A stretch of 64,000 nt of DNA, taken from NCBI GenBank assembly GCA_034530875.2, contig JAVRCJ020000032.1:1-64000 (forward strand), written 5' to 3'. Position 1 is the first letter of the stretch, and the number at the start of each line of letters is the position of its first letter. Positions 1 to 10,112 of this stretch are shown piece by piece. The stretch is from Nostoc sp. DedSLP01. GTDB lineage: Bacteria; Cyanobacteriota; Cyanobacteriia; Cyanobacteriales; Nostocaceae. The position numbers were made by a program, and so were the translations under genes. The notes under the pieces were generated by a model, which had not been told where the DNA came from, did not search any database, and saw only the letters and a list, made by a program, of their open reading frames with translations.

Positions 1-98
1 CCCTTGGCAAGGGGAGGGGTTGGGGGTGGGGTAAAACGATTGTGGAGCAAGAGTTTGAGCTTAAGTTGACACCAATGACAGCTGTGCTACCCTACAAT
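1..98. repeat. Partial REP-like GC-rich repeat plus right end of a MITE-like element
   Basis: cccttggcaagggga/gggttgggggtgggg at 1-32; cttaagttgacaccaatgaca (60-80) recurs identically at 25190-25210. Confidence 0.6.
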
Positions 99-128
99 GT
101 GGTCTATATGGATGAATTTTGAATTGAA

Positions 129-1043
129 TTAACTCTGGTTATTCAGCAGATCCAAAGCTATTCTTAGACTAGATTTCATGCGATTAAATGCTGATGCTAA
201 ACCACCAATTTCATCATTAGATATCTCTTCAAAATCAGCAGTCATGTCACCTGTACTGACTTGCTGTGCAATTTTTTCTATTTTTTTGATTCGCTGAATT
301 ACAGCTTTTTTAATTAAAAAGTTAATTAAGAAAAGAATCGTCGCAAAGATAGCAATCAAAAGTCCCATAACCAATATCCAAGTCCGTTTGGCATTGGCAA
401 AAATCTCTGCTGAAGGAACAGAAATTATTTGAGCGCAAACGACATCATTCAGTTTCCAGTTAAAACCATTTTCGGAACCATAAGTTGCCAACTGACTCTT
501 AGGAGCTTGCTCTGGTGTAGAATGACATCGCAAACATTGCTGTTGTGTAATTTTCAGCGGTATAGCAATGTAAAAGACTTCGCCTTGCGGCAAATTGCGA
601 AAACCAGTAATTTCTCGCATATTAGGTTCGTTGCGAAAACGCTCTACAATTTGAGTTTCAAAGCGATCGGCTTTATCTGCTAAATTAGTTGGATTAAGGG
701 TTGCAGGTTTGTAAAAAAAGTTTGTATATTCAGGCTTTTTGCGAAAATTCTCAAAAACTTCTTTAGAAGAAAAAGTTGGCACTACTTCAGCCATGAAGTT
801 TGGGTTAGTATCTAGACTGGGTTGCAATAAGGGAACTATACGATTTTGTGTATAGTTTGTAACTCCATTGACCATTTGAATGAGAATTTGGGCTTGAGAA
901 GTTACTTCATTTTGCGCTCTACCCTGAAGTACACTGGATAAGGCAATGCCGCTTCCCAAAATACTGACTATGAAAACTAATATTAAAAGTAAGTTAAACT
1001 TCGCACCTATTTTTAAGTTTTTTAACGTAATGTTGTTTAACAT
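129..1043 (-). CDS. Membrane protein with periplasmic c-type heme (DUF3365/Tll0287-like) domain and C-terminal HAMP, no output domain
   Basis: Two TM helices, CxxCH (CLRCH), HAMP-like DEIGGLASAFNRMK at the C-terminus. Confidence 0.85.
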   Translation of the reverse strand: MLNNITLKNLKIGAKFNLLLILVFIVSILGSGIALSSVLQGRAQNEVTSQAQILIQMVNGVTNYTQNRIVPLLQPSLDTNPNFMAEVVPTFSSKEVFENFRKKPEYTNFFYKPATLNPTNLADKADRFETQIVERFRNEPNMREITGFRNLPQGEVFYIAIPLKITQQQCLRCHSTPEQAPKSQLATYGSENGFNWKLNDVVCAQIISVPSAEIFANAKRTWILVMGLLIAIFATILFLINFLIKKAVIQRIKKIEKIAQQVSTGDMTADFEEISNDEIGGLASAFNRMKSSLRIALDLLNNQS

Positions 1044-1221
1044 AAACTAACCAACGAAGGTGGTATATTGAGCTTGTTTAATATCTATTTATACACGTTA
1101 CAAAACCCCGAATGCCGAATTAATAAATATTAATTTTTTGTTGTAATTTTGCCTATTTAAGCATTAATAAACCTTGCTTAAATAAGTTCTCAAATCTAAA
1201 CTATTTTTTTAATTGTAATTA

Positions 1222-2103
1222 GTGATGCTTGTGCGATTTCCCCGCCGTTTATTTTTGTATTATCTGTTAGGTTTGACATTTGCTAGTTGTCGCTCGAAAC
1301 CGCCCTTTGAAGGTACATTAACTGTTGGGGTTCTTAACTATGGTGGAGGCGAACAAATAATTAACCAATTTGCTAAGTTTAATAGTTATTTGGGCGAAAA
1401 AACAAACTCTATAATTCAACTAGAGCCTGCTTTTAATGAAAATAAAGCAGTTGAACGCCTTGATGCTCGTGCTTGGTCGTTGGTATTTGCTCCACCGGGT
1501 TTAGCGGCTATTGCGATCGCCCGCCACCAATATATTCCTCTATTTCCTTTAATCGGTATTAGCGATCTGCGTTCAATTTTTGTAGTTCGTAAGGACAGTT
1601 CAATATCGCAATTAAAACAATTACAAGGGCAAACAGTGGCTTTAGGTCAGTTAGGTTCGGCAACTGGATATTATTTTCCGCTGTACAATCTTTATGGCAT
1701 AACGCTGGCTGAAATATTGTTTGCACCTACACCAAAAGCAGGACTGGAATTTGTAGCTCAAGGTAAAGCTAGTGCCTGTGCAGTTTCGGAAGCTGAATTG
1801 AATATGTACGCTTCGCAGCTGAGTCCTACAGAATTTCGCATACTCTTTAAAGATCCTCACTATGTACCATTGGGTGTGGTCTTAATCGGGCCGGATATAG
1901 AGCGTAACCGTCAAGAATTCATTCGTAAAGTGATGAGCGAGACACCTTCAGGTTTGGCGCAAGAAGTTGGCTATGTACCCAATGGACAAGTACCAGATTA
2001 CAAATATATGATTTCTGTCGTCGATAGAGTCAGTTCAATTGCTGGCAATTTGAATGATAAGCCCGTGCGTTTATTTGAATCAAAAGCGCTCATCAAACCC
2101 TGA
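1222..2103 (+). CDS. PhnD/phosphonate-binding-family substrate-binding lipoprotein
   Basis: RR-containing signal ending in a lipobox (FASC); LKQLQGQTVALGQLGSATGYYFP motif typical of the PhnD family. Confidence 0.75.
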   Translation: MMLVRFPRRLFLYYLLGLTFASCRSKPPFEGTLTVGVLNYGGGEQIINQFAKFNSYLGEKTNSIIQLEPAFNENKAVERLDARAWSLVFAPPGLAAIAIARHQYIPLFPLIGISDLRSIFVVRKDSSISQLKQLQGQTVALGQLGSATGYYFPLYNLYGITLAEILFAPTPKAGLEFVAQGKASACAVSEAELNMYASQLSPTEFRILFKDPHYVPLGVVLIGPDIERNRQEFIRKVMSETPSGLAQEVGYVPNGQVPDYKYMISVVDRVSSIAGNLNDKPVRLFESKALIKP

Positions 2104-2184
2104 GAAAGATAGGGAATGGAGAGTAAGGAGTGAGGAAAGCAAGTGTTTATTAAATTGATAATGAGTGTTGTGGATGGTGCGCTT

Positions 2185-2589
2185 TTAACTAAGAATGCCT
2201 AAGTTGCTATAAACTTCGATTAAATTGCCGTCAGGATCGCGAAAATGAGCTGTGCGAATTCCCCAATCTGGGCGGTCTGTTGGCTCAGTGACAACGAGTG
2301 CTTTACCATCTTTGACTTGTTGATAGACTTCATCCACGTTATCGACTGCAAAAATCAAGACAATTTTATCTCGATTGGGAACATACGAAGGCTGATCGAT
2401 TCTTGGGACTACTTGAGCCATTAATTCTTGTTTGAACAAACCGAGTTTAAGATATCCGGTATTAAACTCAGCATATCCGCTATTTTCATCGCCCCAATCA
2501 ACATCAAATTTTAAGAGATCTCGGTAGAACAGAAAAGAATCTTTGTAGTTGGCGGCAAGCAGTCTCAAGTGTGTTAGCTGAAGCTTCAT
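2185..2589 (-). CDS. VOC/glyoxalase family protein
   Basis: WGIRTAHFRDPDGNLIE motif. Confidence 0.9.
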   Translation of the reverse strand: MKLQLTHLRLLAANYKDSFLFYRDLLKFDVDWGDENSGYAEFNTGYLKLGLFKQELMAQVVPRIDQPSYVPNRDKIVLIFAVDNVDEVYQQVKDGKALVVTEPTDRPDWGIRTAHFRDPDGNLIEVYSNLGILS

Positions 2590-2604
2590 AGTGGCGTTAG
2601 TCTA

Positions 2605-3201
2605 CTAGCTGTGAATTCTAGGTTCTGGATGCAAAGTCGCCAGCAACTCACTTTCGACAATTGCCAATTCATCAAGGCGTTGCATGACAATTTCTTTGTC
2701 GAAGTAAGTAGCAGCTAAAACCCAATATATACCGTAGTGACGCGCTTCGGATGCCATGAGTCCGCGATAAAATTTTGCTAATTCTGGTTCTGGACAGTAA
2801 GCAGCCAATAATCCCAGGCGTTCGTGGCTGCGAGCTTCAATTAAGCCTGTGACTAATAAGGAATCTAAAAATCGCTGGGGTTCTTGAGGGCGGACAGCAG
2901 CTTTTAAACCGGCGCCATAAGGTGGTGGTGGTAGGGGAGCCAAGGGAATATTGCGCCGTTCTAACCATTGGTTAACTAGCTCAAAGTGTTCTAGTTCTTC
3001 GCGGGCGATCGCGGTTAGCTCCCGCACCATTTTAGTATTAGAAGGGTAGCGAAACATAAAGTTCAAGGCCACGCCTGCGGCTTTACGTTCGCAATGGGAG
3101 TGGTCGAGTAAAATGATATCTAAATTGGCGATCGCTTGTTCGATCCAAGCAGAACTCGTGGGCTGTTTTAGGGCGTTGATAGTTGGTAACTGAGTAAGCA
3201 C
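2605..3201 (-). CDS. miaE: tRNA-(ms2io6A37) hydroxylase MiaE
   Basis: DHSHCERKAA, EELEHF, IEARSHER and SEARH di-iron motifs. Confidence 0.93.
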   Translation of the reverse strand: MLTQLPTINALKQPTSSAWIEQAIANLDIILLDHSHCERKAAGVALNFMFRYPSNTKMVRELTAIAREELEHFELVNQWLERRNIPLAPLPPPPYGAGLKAAVRPQEPQRFLDSLLVTGLIEARSHERLGLLAAYCPEPELAKFYRGLMASEARHYGIYWVLAATYFDKEIVMQRLDELAIVESELLATLHPEPRIHS

Positions 3202-3274
3202 ATCAAAAAACTTCAGAATTGCAATTAGCTGAGAATCTCAGCACATTGATTTTACAGCACAATTTATCAAGATA

Positions 3275-3552
3275 GAATTCAGGAGTCAGTCGTCAGAATT
3301 CAGTATGAATTGGAGTCCGACTGGCGGATAGAGTAGCGATTCGCCGTGTCCGCGATAGCGCAGCGTAAAGCCTTCTCTACGAGAGGCTTTGCCAACGGCA
3401 TGGCTTCTCTACGAGACGCTGCGCGTAGCTTGCTTCCCCGTAGGGGTACGCTTAGAGCGAGTATTCGAGCGTCGCGACTGAATAAGAGACTTTCTTGTTC
3501 TGACTCCTGTTAGCGTAGCGGGGCGTAGCCCATTCTGAATTCTGAATTCTTC
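3275..3552. repeat. Composite of nested small dispersed repeats inside a gaattcag/ctgaattc-bounded element
   Basis: caggagtcag...ctgactcctg inverted ends; internal hairpins (aaagccttctctacgagaggcttt, ccccgtagggg); HIP1 halves GCGAT (3352-3356) and CGC (3473-3475). Confidence 0.7.
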
Positions 3553-3575
3553 TTCAAAATTCTGAATTTCATGAC

Positions 3576-4445
3576 TTAAGCTTCTTGTTCGAGAATGCGT
3601 TTTGCTTCCAAAAGTTGCTGTTTGTGTTCTTCACTAACTGTCGGGTATTTGAGATTCATTTCTTCTAATTTTGTGCAGATGATATTGGCAACTACTAGGC
3701 GGGTAAACCATTTGCGATCGGCAGGAATAATATACCACGGTGCCCATTCTGTACTAGTGTGGTTGAAAACTTCTTCATAAGCTTGCATATAATCATCCCA
3801 AAAAGCTCTTTCTTGGACATCGCTTGCTGAAAATTTCCAATGTTTTTCCGGCGATTCAATCCGTTGGAGAAAGCGTTTTTTCTGCTCTGATTTAGAGACA
3901 TTCAGAAAAAACTTCAAAATAATTACGCCATTATCTACCAAATATTTTTCAAAATTGTTAATTTCTTGAAAGCGCTGCTTCCATATCTGATTTCCTTCAG
4001 GAAATTTCGGCAATTGTTGCTTTTTCAGCAATTCTGGATGGACGCGAACCACTAAAACTTCTTCATAGTAAGAACGGTTAAATATACCAATTCGACCTCT
4101 TTCTGGTAAAGCCCTCATGGAGCGCCATAAGTAGTCATGGTCTAATTCTTCTGCACTGGGTTGCTTAAAACTATACACCTGAAATCCTTGCGGATTCACG
4201 CCAGATAAGACATGTTTAATCGTGCTGTCTTTGCCAGCCGCATCCATTGCCTGAAAAATAATTAACACTGCATAAGTGTTTTGAGCGTAGAGAATATTTT
4301 GATAATTTGCTAGTCGCTCAATATCTGCCTGTAACTTCATTACAGCATCAGTTTTTACATGAAAATCAGTTTTATAAGCTGGGTCATAATTTTTTTTCAG
4401 AGAAATCTTTGAACCTGGAGGAACAATGAAAGCATCATAATCCAT
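3576..4445 (-). CDS. ppk2: Polyphosphate kinase 2 family protein
   Basis: QAMDAAGKD Walker A, FNRSYYE, WKFSASD; probable start MDYDAF at 4445 (track ORF starts at 4496). Confidence 0.92.
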   Translation of the reverse strand: MDYDAFIVPPGSKISLKKNYDPAYKTDFHVKTDAVMKLQADIERLANYQNILYAQNTYAVLIIFQAMDAAGKDSTIKHVLSGVNPQGFQVYSFKQPSAEELDHDYLWRSMRALPERGRIGIFNRSYYEEVLVVRVHPELLKKQQLPKFPEGNQIWKQRFQEINNFEKYLVDNGVIILKFFLNVSKSEQKKRFLQRIESPEKHWKFSASDVQERAFWDDYMQAYEEVFNHTSTEWAPWYIIPADRKWFTRLVVANIICTKLEEMNLKYPTVSEEHKQQLLEAKRILEQEA

Positions 4446-4458
4446 ATCTAAAATCTCC

Positions 4459-4932
4459 TTATTTTCGGCGTTTTGGAATCGGACGCATGGCTTCACGACC
4501 CAAGATAAACATTCCTGCGATTCCTAAACTGACAAACCAAATATATTGATACCAATATTGGTGCATCTGATTTAGGGCATTGAGTTCTGGATGTAAGGTA
4601 TTTAAGTACAACAGCAGCACTAATATCATTAATGCTCCAAAACCAATAAAGCTTAAACCAACCCCAATTCGTGCAGGTCGCAGTTCAAAATCATTAATAT
4701 TGTCTAGGTCAATTTTTGATAGTTCTTCCAAAGACTCATCTGCTAAAGATGAAGTTATTTGTAATCTATTACTGAGCTTTGGTGGTAAAATCGGCGCTAG
4801 CTTTGCTACAGCCGGACGGCGTAGCAAAGCCTCAGTCTCTCGCAGCAATTCTAGGGGCTTGCGAGTAGTTGGTTGAGCAAAATCTATATTGTCTGTAGCA
4901 GTTGTAGCCTTGGCTTTGCTTTCAAAATCCAT
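4459..4932 (-). CDS. Hypothetical membrane protein (2 C-terminal TM helices)
   Basis: ORF with ATG at 4932 (MDFESK), hydrophobic segments, 13 nt upstream of ppk2. Confidence 0.65.
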   Translation of the reverse strand: MDFESKAKATTATDNIDFAQPTTRKPLELLRETEALLRRPAVAKLAPILPPKLSNRLQITSSLADESLEELSKIDLDNINDFELRPARIGVGLSFIGFGALMILVLLLYLNTLHPELNALNQMHQYWYQYIWFVSLGIAGMFILGREAMRPIPKRRK

Positions 4933-5016
4933 AGCACGCCTTAGAAGAACCAGAATACACATAGCGTAGCGAATCAAGGATATAGCCGTCAAAGAGAGGC
5001 TTCAGGGGAAGAGCGG

Positions 5017-5147
5017 ATACGGTTCGGTTAACGTGTTTATTCCTCGAAGATCCCCCCAACCCCCCTTAAAAAAGGGGGCTTACAACCCTCTTTTACCCCC
5101 TTTTTAAGGAGGTCGCCGTAGGCGGGGGGATCTTAACCGAACCGTAT
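5017..5147. mobile_element. MITE-like element with 15-bp perfect terminal inverted repeats enclosing REP-like palindromes
   Basis: atacggttcggttaa (5017-5031) / ttaaccgaaccgtat (5133-5147); internal cccccttaaaaaaggggg hairpin. Confidence 0.8.
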
Positions 5148-5236
5148 TGGAGGAAGAGGGGATAAGCAGAATAATTGTTAACCCAAGCTTCGGAGTTTTC
5201 GGCTTGGCTCCTGAATTCTGAATTCTGAATTCTTAT

Positions 5237-6499
5237 TTATTCATCCATCTCTTTTAATGTGGCTAACGCGGACGGAGATAAGCGGCTCAAATAGCGGAAT
5301 ATCCAGTATTTAAAGATAGTATTTAAAATTACGGGAAATGTCGCAATAAATAAATAGATTGCGCTGTTATTTGCTGCCACACCTAAATGTTCTGACAATC
5401 CTTCTAAAATAATTTCCCATCCATGCGGGGAGTGAAATCCGACAAATATATCTGTAAACAGAATAATTAAAAATGCCTTAGCGCTATCGCTAAGACCATA
5501 GACAATATTATCTATAAAAGACTTAACAATGACAATTTCTTTTTTGCTCAAACTGACAACTACACCAAAAGAAATTAATGATATTAAGTCAGCAAAAACA
5601 TTACTAATGCTGCTGTTACTTTTAATGCGAAATTCTTCAGCTATCTCAGATGCTTTGTCTTTTAGCTTTTCTTGTAATGCTTCTGAGGATATTTGTGGTG
5701 CTTGGTTAATGTAATATTCAAATCTCAGCACTGCTTGAAAATTTTTTAATTCATGGAGAGCCTCTTGTTCCATGTCAGAATTAATGAAAACTTGAGTTGT
5801 ATTCTCTCCCCTGATTCTTTCTACGAGAGGATTTACTAAAAATTCTTTAGATAAATATTGGGTTAAAAGCGGTACAAGAATTAAAATTAGAAAAAATCTT
5901 AAAGCAATTCTTGTCCGATTTCTAGATATTCGGTAATTTCTGGTAAAATTTTCTTCTGCTTTTGGCGAGAGGTCTCCTCTAATTACATTAATACTTCTGC
6001 CAATAGAACCGGGAAAGACTCCAGTTTTTTGAAATGGAGATGTAGTTTTAATATCATCAATATTAGATGAGTCTGGCAGTTTTTTAATTTGGCTCTGGTT
6101 AGTTTTTAAAGTTTGTGAATCAAGGACTTGGTTTTTAATACTGTACCTCTCTATAACTTCATCAATAAACTGTAATTTTTCTAACAAAACAGCATCGGAA
6201 ATATCGATAACTTTTCGGCTCAAGGTGAATTCTGCCAGCCTTATTTTGATGAGAGTTAAATTTTTATCAACGTAGCCTTGCCAATAAGACATGACATTTT
6301 CAGTATATTTTCCTGAATCTGGAGAGATTTTCTTGCCATCAAAATGTTCAATTTCAATGTTTTTAATTCTTTGGGCTGCTTCGTAAGCTTGTAAAAGTGC
6401 TCTTTCTGGTGTAGCTATAAACCAACCTTGAGGCGATCGCAAATATTCTCTCACCTTCTGATAAAGTAATTCTGCTCTTTTTGCGAATGACTTTTTCAT
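5237..6499 (-). CDS. pxcA: Proton extrusion protein PcxA (CemA family)
   Basis: TPERALLQAY N-terminus; LSDSAKAFLIILFTDIFVGFHSPHGWE and FKYWIFRYL CemA motifs; ATG at 6499 (track start 6523). Confidence 0.9.
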   Translation of the reverse strand: MKKSFAKRAELLYQKVREYLRSPQGWFIATPERALLQAYEAAQRIKNIEIEHFDGKKISPDSGKYTENVMSYWQGYVDKNLTLIKIRLAEFTLSRKVIDISDAVLLEKLQFIDEVIERYSIKNQVLDSQTLKTNQSQIKKLPDSSNIDDIKTTSPFQKTGVFPGSIGRSINVIRGDLSPKAEENFTRNYRISRNRTRIALRFFLILILVPLLTQYLSKEFLVNPLVERIRGENTTQVFINSDMEQEALHELKNFQAVLRFEYYINQAPQISSEALQEKLKDKASEIAEEFRIKSNSSISNVFADLISLISFGVVVSLSKKEIVIVKSFIDNIVYGLSDSAKAFLIILFTDIFVGFHSPHGWEIILEGLSEHLGVAANNSAIYLFIATFPVILNTIFKYWIFRYLSRLSPSALATLKEMDE

Positions 6500-6539
6500 T
6501 ATTGTATATAACTTGGTTGACAATATTTATCAGATTTCA

Positions 6540-6600
6540 ATAAGGATTAATAATAGATAACAGTTAGTTAAAGATATTATTAGCTATTATTAATCCTTAT
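6540..6600. promoter_or_regulatory. 17-bp perfect inverted repeat upstream of pxcA
   Basis: ataaggattaataatag (6540-6556) / ctattattaatccttat (6584-6600). Confidence 0.45.
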
Positions 6601-6705
6601 GAAATCAATCTGTTATTTTAATTGTACACCTATTAAAGAATGAGGTATACACAAGTCAGATCCAGTTTTACCTCAATATCCTTGGGATAAGCAACAAAGC
6701 CTTCA

Positions 6706-6733
6706 TGTACAGACGCTATTTATCGCGTCTACA
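6706..6733. repeat. Small palindromic dispersed repeat (AGACGCGATTAATCGCGTCT family), degenerate copy
   Basis: tgtacagacgctatttatcgcgtctaca; relatives at 29724-29743 and 62969-62998. Confidence 0.75.
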
Positions 6734-6869
6734 AAGACTTGTGCCTACATCGTAGCCAATACATCAGTGAGGGTTAGGGAAGGGTAAAAAATATTTTATA
6801 CATCAATCATGGCTTTTCAAACATCCTCTTATAGTTGTTCTCGATCGCACTTGCGCTATGGCAAAATTA

Positions 6870-8291
6870 TTAGTTAATCTCAAAGGATTCAATCATTTTT
6901 TCTGCCGTTGGCAAGAAGCGATCGAAATCATCTATTGTTGCTGAATAAGTAATGATGTATGCTCGATCGCCCTTTAAAGTCAAAATTTGGAGACTTTTTA
7001 AACTTTTTTGCCCATTTTTGCCTATAAAAATTAATTTATTTGCTGGTTTTTTTGCTAGAGTCGCTTCACTTGTATCTAAAATAGTTGCATCAGATAAAGT
7101 CGCTTTAACTTGCTTAATAAATACATCTTTTGCTTCCTTTAATGTACCAGAAAAATTTTCAATATTTATAGTTAACAATTCTTGAAAATTATCTTGTTCG
7201 CTCTCTTGAGGCGATGAAAATATCAAGAATTGTTTAGTTATTAAGTTTGGTGTCTCTTCAATTCTCCAATTTTTAGGATATTGAATTTGAATTCCATGAA
7301 TAGAATCTTGGTAGGTCAAAAAATTTCGTGTATTAGTTTGTAATTGTAATAACCAGAGACTGATAGTAGCAACTACTGCCGTTATTGCTGCGCTGGCGAA
7401 AAATTTCTGAGGTCGTACAAATTGTATGGTTCTCTGAATTGCCGTATCTGGTGTTTTATCTAGCATTTCTAATGCTTGCAGTACTGATGTTGCTGTCGGG
7501 TAGCGCTGGCAAGAATCATTTAGTATCATTGCGTCTAAAATCTCTTTTAACTCCTGGCTTACTTGTATTTGATTGTGCCAATCAATTTTTCTTGTATCGG
7601 GGTTTATTAGTAGCTCTTGAGCGCTGGAATTAGCAAGATTAATCCCTGTCAAAGCTTGAATACCAATCATTCCTACTGCATAGACATCGCTGCTAAATTG
7701 TGGAATATAAGTCGCTTCTTCGCTTGGTACATTACTATAAGTATCAACAGCAAGATTTAAGCTTGTTTGACCTTGAAAATTAGCCATTTGGGTAGCGTAT
7801 TTCAAAATCACAAAGTCAATTAATACAATCTTGTTATCTAAGTGTCTGCGTCGAATATTACTAGGCTTGAGATTGTGATGAACCAAATTTTGCTGATGAA
7901 CAAATGCTAAAATTTCCAAAATATCTTTGAGAAGCTTAATAGTTTCGGGTTCATTTAAACGCCTACCTAAAGGAGGTATTTCTTCAGCGATATCATGACC
8001 GCGAATAAATTCCTGAACTAAATAGAATTGTTGGTTTTCTGCAAAATAAGCTAATAATTGAGGAATTTGGTCGTGCTTTGCTAATGTTTCCAGAATTAAT
8101 GCTTCCTTGTCAAACCAATGTTTGGCTTCCTCGAAATTGTATGTATTAGTAGAGAGTGGTTTAAAATGCTTAACAATGCACTGTGGATTTCCTGGACTTT
8201 GCATATCTTGAGCTAAAAAAGTCGTACCATATTGCCCTTGTCCCATTTGGGTGAGAATTTGGTAGCGTCCACCAATGGTTTGAACCTGCAT
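6870..8291 (-). CDS. Ser/Thr kinase-like protein (probable pseudokinase) with TM and C-terminal PsbP-like domain
   Basis: Pkn2-type fold motifs, but HHNLKPSN and DFV replace HRD and DFG; TM helix; YQDSIHGIQIQYPKNW...KMIESF PsbP-like domain. Confidence 0.85.
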   Translation of the reverse strand: MQVQTIGGRYQILTQMGQGQYGTTFLAQDMQSPGNPQCIVKHFKPLSTNTYNFEEAKHWFDKEALILETLAKHDQIPQLLAYFAENQQFYLVQEFIRGHDIAEEIPPLGRRLNEPETIKLLKDILEILAFVHQQNLVHHNLKPSNIRRRHLDNKIVLIDFVILKYATQMANFQGQTSLNLAVDTYSNVPSEEATYIPQFSSDVYAVGMIGIQALTGINLANSSAQELLINPDTRKIDWHNQIQVSQELKEILDAMILNDSCQRYPTATSVLQALEMLDKTPDTAIQRTIQFVRPQKFFASAAITAVVATISLWLLQLQTNTRNFLTYQDSIHGIQIQYPKNWRIEETPNLITKQFLIFSSPQESEQDNFQELLTINIENFSGTLKEAKDVFIKQVKATLSDATILDTSEATLAKKPANKLIFIGKNGQKSLKSLQILTLKGDRAYIITYSATIDDFDRFLPTAEKMIESFEIN

Positions 8292-8541
8292 TAAATTTTC
8301 CTTTACTGCTGGAATTACTCACTTACAAATTTTGTTAATCTTGATTTTTGCACATTATTTGAGTGGGAGTGGGGGATGAGGAGAAGCAAAAACGGCTATA
8401 TGTTAGAAATGTCTAGCTAATAACAAAATTTCTCTCAAGAGAACTAAACTTTCATTAGTGGCTGTATCTTAGTTCGCTTAACGCGCACTTGAGCTATTAG
8501 CCAAAAAATTAAATTATTGGCAGGAGATTAGACAAGTGCAA

Positions 8542-8673
8542 TATAAGTAGAAGGCAGGATAGCGCAGCGTTAGCGAGTCCGCGAGCGTCGGCATAAGGCA
8601 GAAGGTAAAACCCTCAACAGTAAAAGGTTTTGCTGCTTTGGATTTTACATTTAATTATGTCCGTCTACTTATA
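8542..8673. mobile_element. MITE-like element with 10-bp TIR carrying a nested 28-nt small repeat
   Basis: tataagtaga (8542-8551) / tctacttata (8664-8673); agcgcagcgttagcgagtccgcgagcgt (8561-8588) lies between GAT and CG. Confidence 0.65.
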
Positions 8674-8727
8674 ATCCTTCTCATCCCCCAATTCCCAATT
8701 TTTCAAAAAATTTAACGAGATTAGCCT

Positions 8728-9936
8728 ATGAGTCTGAGTCTGTGCATGATTGTGAAAAACGAAGCTGCAACATTGCCTAAATGCCTGAGTAGCGTTAACA
8801 AAGTGGTAGATGAAATGGTAGTCGTAGATACAGGCTCAATCGATCGCACTCCTGATGTTGCTCAACAATTCGGTGCTAAAGTCTATAATTTTAAATGGTG
8901 TGATGATTTTAGTGCCGCCCGCAATGCAGCTTTAAAATATGTAACTGGCGATTGGATTTTGGTGTTAGATGCTGATGAAACTCTTACGCCAGGAATTGTA
9001 CCGCTATTACAAGATGCGATCGCCAGAGATGAATATTTGTTACTCAATTTGGTTCGCCAGGAAGTTGGTGCAGAACAATCTCCCTATTCTCTAGTTTCGA
9101 GATTATTCCGCAATCATCCAGATATTCGCTTTGACCGTCCTTACCATGCCTTAGTAGATGATAGCGTAGCAGCAATTTTAACCAAAGAACCCCATTGGCA
9201 AGTAGGTTATTTACCAGAAGTGGCAATTCTCCACGCAGGATATCAAAAAAGTGCGATCGCTCAAAATAACAAACATGCCAAAGCCGCAGCTGCGATGGAA
9301 GGATTCCTCGCTACTCATCCTCACGATCCCTATGTTTGCAGTAAATTAGGGGCGTTGTATGTGGAAACTGGGAAAATTTCTCCAGGAATGGAATTACTCA
9401 GACGCGGGTTACAGCAAATTAGTGAAACTCAGGCAGCCGGCGAAGAAAACTACGATATTTTATACGAACTCCACTATCATTTAGGCATTGCTTACAATCG
9501 CTTAAAAAATTTCCCCCAGGCTATTTCTCATTATCAAGCTGCTATTAAATTGCCTATTTATCCCATGCTCAAACTAGGAGCATACAACAACTTGGGCAAC
9601 TTACTCAAAGCCGCAGGAGATTTCAATGGCGCGAAGGGTGCTTACATCGCAGCTTTGAAAATCGATCCGAATTTTGTAACTGCATATTACAATTTGGGCA
9701 TGACATTTAAAGCTTTGGGTTTGTTGACAGATGCGATCGCTTGTTATCAAAATGCCATTGCCTTAAATCCCAACTATGCTGAAGCTTATCAAAATTTAGG
9801 CGTAGTTTTGTTAAAAGCTGGCAATCATCAAGAAAGCTTGACAGCTTTTAAAAAAGCGATCGCACTTCACCAAAAGCATAACCCCCAAGAAGCTAGCAGA
9901 CTACGCCAAGGACTGCAAGAGATGGGGGTGATGTAG
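8728..9936 (+). CDS. Glycosyltransferase family 2 protein with C-terminal TPRs
   Basis: SLCMIVKNE, VDTGS, WILVLDADE; multiple TPRs. Confidence 0.92.
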   Translation: MSLSLCMIVKNEAATLPKCLSSVNKVVDEMVVVDTGSIDRTPDVAQQFGAKVYNFKWCDDFSAARNAALKYVTGDWILVLDADETLTPGIVPLLQDAIARDEYLLLNLVRQEVGAEQSPYSLVSRLFRNHPDIRFDRPYHALVDDSVAAILTKEPHWQVGYLPEVAILHAGYQKSAIAQNNKHAKAAAAMEGFLATHPHDPYVCSKLGALYVETGKISPGMELLRRGLQQISETQAAGEENYDILYELHYHLGIAYNRLKNFPQAISHYQAAIKLPIYPMLKLGAYNNLGNLLKAAGDFNGAKGAYIAALKIDPNFVTAYYNLGMTFKALGLLTDAIACYQNAIALNPNYAEAYQNLGVVLLKAGNHQESLTAFKKAIALHQKHNPQEASRLRQGLQEMGVM

Positions 9937-10048
9937 AAAAAGGGGAATGGAGGCAAAAATAAATTATTTGTCTCCCCTAGTTTTCCCCGATTGTTTTTTA
10001 ATCTAAAAATATCGACTTATGGATACCATTTATAAATTAAACCTTATG

Positions 10049-10082
10049 AGGGTGGATTAGGGCTGAACCCCTAATCCACCCT
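10049..10082. terminator. 14-bp stem hairpin between convergent genes
   Basis: agggtggattaggg / ccctaatccaccct. Confidence 0.55.
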
Positions 10083-10112
10083 ATAATATAGGACTTATTC
10101 CTTCTACCTGCT

